From Octopus sinensis (Eukaryota), in NCBI RefSeq assembly GCF_006345805.1, contig NW_021832189.1:1-37399 (forward strand): a stretch of 37,399 nt of DNA, read 5' to 3'. The notes beneath the pieces were generated by a model. The model searched no databases, was not told where the DNA came from, and worked only from the letters and a program-made list of their open reading frames with translations. Made by a program: the position numbers and the translations under genes. Every line of letters starts with the position of its first letter. The stretch's first letter is position 1. Below, piece by piece: positions 34,814 to 37,399 of this stretch.

Positions 34814-36358
34814 CAGGGTCGGGAAGCAAAACTTGAAAAATAATAGATGATTCACCAAATTGCTTATATTACAACAAATACCAACCTGGCATAAATATGA
34901 TTTTAACACATGTTTATAGGGGTATAAAGAGACAATTTATTCCATATGTCTGCCTTCATTGTCCACCACAGTTTTCACACACCGGCTGGAGGCGTCGTAA
35001 CTCTTCATGATGAAAAACTCAGACATGTTGTCCCACCCTTCCCTCGGAATTTGTTTAAAATGATCAAGGCTTGGATGCGAAGTTCTGTTGGTAGAGTGCT
35101 CCTCCAATTTGCCCCATACGGCATAATCCAGGGAGTTCAAGTCTGCGCTGGAAGAAAGCTAGAAGTTGGAAGGTCAAAAGTCGGTGAAGTTGTCATCGCC
35201 GAATTTCTGCACTTTCTTCGCTGTATGAGCAAGAGAACCATCTTGGATCCACAAATAATTACCGTTCGGTTAGTTAGACTTCAGCCATTATACCGCAGGA
35301 CTTAATATTAAATGTCATCCCCCACCTAGACTTGATAAAATGGAAAGGCATCTTTTTTCCATCAGCCTCCCAGTATTATGACTTGAGCTGGGGGCTTGGT
35401 CCCAAAAGCTCTTTATTTCAGAAGGTGACTTAGCAATGTATTTATCATTGCGACGATTTAAAACAGCATCAACGGTACTGGAGGCGCAATGGCCCAATGG
35501 TTAGGGCAGCGGACTCGTGGTCGTAGGATCGCGGTTTCGTTTCCCAGACCGAGCGTTGCGTGTGTTTATTGAGCGAAAACACCTAAAGCTCCACGAGGCT
35601 CCCGCAGGGGGTGGTGGCGACCCCTGTTGTACTCTTTCGCCCCAACTTTCTCTCACACTTTCTTCCTGTTTCTTGTCCCCGACTTCCTACGCAACCGCTG
35701 AGCCTGGATGCGCATTCATCCATCCGTCGATACTCTCGGTGTCGGGGGTTGACCTGCTTTTTCTTCTGCGGGTCTTACGAATAGCAAAGGACACGTTTCG
35801 GTCTTCTCGGACGAAAGCCGCTTCGCTCAACAAACAAACAAGCATCAACGGTAAAAATATTTTCATCTTAAAAGATTTTGACGGTTTGCCTATTGTGCTT
35901 CGGGTATTGCAGCACTTTGGCCCTTTCATGCCATTTGGCTTTCATTGCATGTATCAATAGGTTTTTCGGAGTCCTCACGTATGACCCCAAATGTAAATCA
36001 GTGTGTACAGCATATCTGATGGTCTTTGGATCAACTTTCATGTCCATGGTCAGTTTTCTCATGGATGTTGTTGGGTTTTTCGAAATTTTGGCTTTGAGAG
36101 ATTTAAGAAATGCATTATCCCGTTTTTTATTCATGTTTCCACTTCCTTGCTTTCTCTTGATGCCTTCAATATCCAGCATTCGCGTCTTAACGTTGTAGAC
36201 AGTGCTCACAGAAGCCCCAACATTCTGAGCAATACGTCTAATTGCAACCCCGGCACGAAGCAAATCTGCAATGCGTTGTATCTTGGCTTCTTAAGCGGAC
36301 ATGTTAGATAGTATGACTGGAATTTCTGCTTAGATTAACTCTGTATACCTCCACCCTG
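34814..36358 (-). pseudogene. Tc1/mariner DD37D (maT-type) transposon, inactivated and split by a SINE
   Basis: N-terminal HTH (MLRAGVAIRRIAQNVGASVSTVYNVK...SMRKL...KTIRYAVHTDL), then VKIF*DENIFTVDA|VLNRRNDKYIA, then WIQDGSLAHTAKKVQKFGDDNFTDF*PSNF*LSSSADLNSLDYAVWG with 37 residues between D2 and D3, ending NEGRHME*. Termini are tentative (CAGGGT at 34814 and its complement near 36353-36358). Confidence 0.88.
35478..35840 (+). mobile_element. SINE family A, tail type 2, with 13-bp TSD
   Basis: TSD agcatcaacggta at 35465-35477 and 35841-35853; (CAAA)n tail. Confidence 0.94.
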
Positions 36359-36841
36359 AAATAGAAAACATAGGGATGTAATACCTTGACATTTCCGGCA
36401 GCCACTAATCACGTGAGTGATGTCTTCCACAGAAATATGGCATAATCAGCATTTACGGTTACATCTTGGAACCCCAAGGGTTTCGGTGTCTCTTTTGTTG
36501 ATTGGGTATTTAATAGCAATGACCTGTTCTTGGATTGCCAATGCACAACCTTCGAAGCGTGATGTGGTCTAGCGGGGTCACGAGCCCAAAAGAGGCTTCA
36601 CTTAAGTGTTACAGTCAATGTTACTATCTTCTTCAAGTCTACAAGAAACACAACCATGCATGGTCCTTTAGTGGGGGCGCGGTGTGTGTGTGGGAGTCTG
36701 CTGAGCGTTTCACTTCCAGGTCTTCTTCGAGGTATGCTAGTCCAGCTGATTGCCGTTGTATGGCAGGTCATCAGGAAGAGAGTACTTCCTGAAGAGCTCA
36801 CTTCCAACAATTAGGATATTGTTTTCTTCAATTTTCAGCAC

Positions 36842-37148
36842 ATGTATGTATGTATGTATGTATGTATGTATGTATGTATGTATGTATGTATGTATGTATT
36901 TATGTATGTATTTATGTATGTATGTATGTATGTATGTATGTATGTATGTATGTATGTATGTATGTATGTATTTATGTATGTATGTATGTATGTATGTATG
37001 TATGTATTATGTATGTATGTATGTATGTATGTATGTATGTATGTATGTATGTATATATTATGTATGTATGTATGTATGTATGTATTTATGTATGTATGTA
37101 TGTATGTATGTATGTATGTATGTATGTTTTATGTATGTATGTATGTAT
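36842..37148. repeat. (TATG)n microsatellite
   Basis: Direct reading. Confidence 0.97.
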
Positions 37149-37399
37149 GCAGTGGCGGGCTGGGTCTAACAATATTGGTTGCCAGGAGACTTAAGGGAAC
37201 CCACCCGCAACTACAAAGGGGCCCACTCACAACTCCAATGCTATTTATTTTCCCTGCTGTTATTTAGCAAGTACTGTCTAAGAGAGACCCTGCGGCATTC
37301 GGAGGCTGCCTGCATAAATCTCGAATCTCTACCTCCGTTGTCTCTTCTTAGGTAAACCCTGTCGATATCACCGCTTCTGTGGAGATTTCCAGTTGATGT

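Noticed and set aside
36480-36830. GC-richer, coding-looking stretch
   Set aside because: The three minus-strand frames I translated have stops and no motif I recognise, and the plus-strand ORF in the track is also unrecognisable; probably decayed TE, but unassignable without a search.

Overview
AT-rich, microsatellite-dense eukaryotic intergenic or intronic DNA. The repeat families look like those of an octopod cephalopod (my recognition, not a database result). There is no intact protein-coding gene: nearly all ORFs in the track are read-through of simple repeats. The only confident gene is an initiator tRNA-Met(CAT) at 25379-25450. The rest is mobile-element debris: at least four tRNA-derived SINE families (my labels A, B, C, E); 3' fragments of restriction-like-endonuclease (R4/Dong-like) LINEs stacked in (TAA)n; a ~520-bp (TAA)n-associated non-coding element (D); RTE and CR1/L2-like RT remnants; a DD34D mariner 3' end; a DD37D (maT-type) transposase pseudogene split by a SINE; a hAT MITE with 8-bp TSD; and non-autonomous Helitron-like elements. 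Best leads: (i) a 450-bp unit with 73-bp terminal direct repeats and a minus-strand type-I hammerhead-like fold (34197-34719), a candidate retrozyme or Penelope-type element; (ii) four further hammerhead-like motifs; (iii) a head-to-tail stack of three different (TAA)n-targeted retroelements; (iv) the tRNA-iMet gene bracketed by ~300-bp direct repeats with a telomeric-repeat hairpin upstream. All alignments and folds were done by eye.
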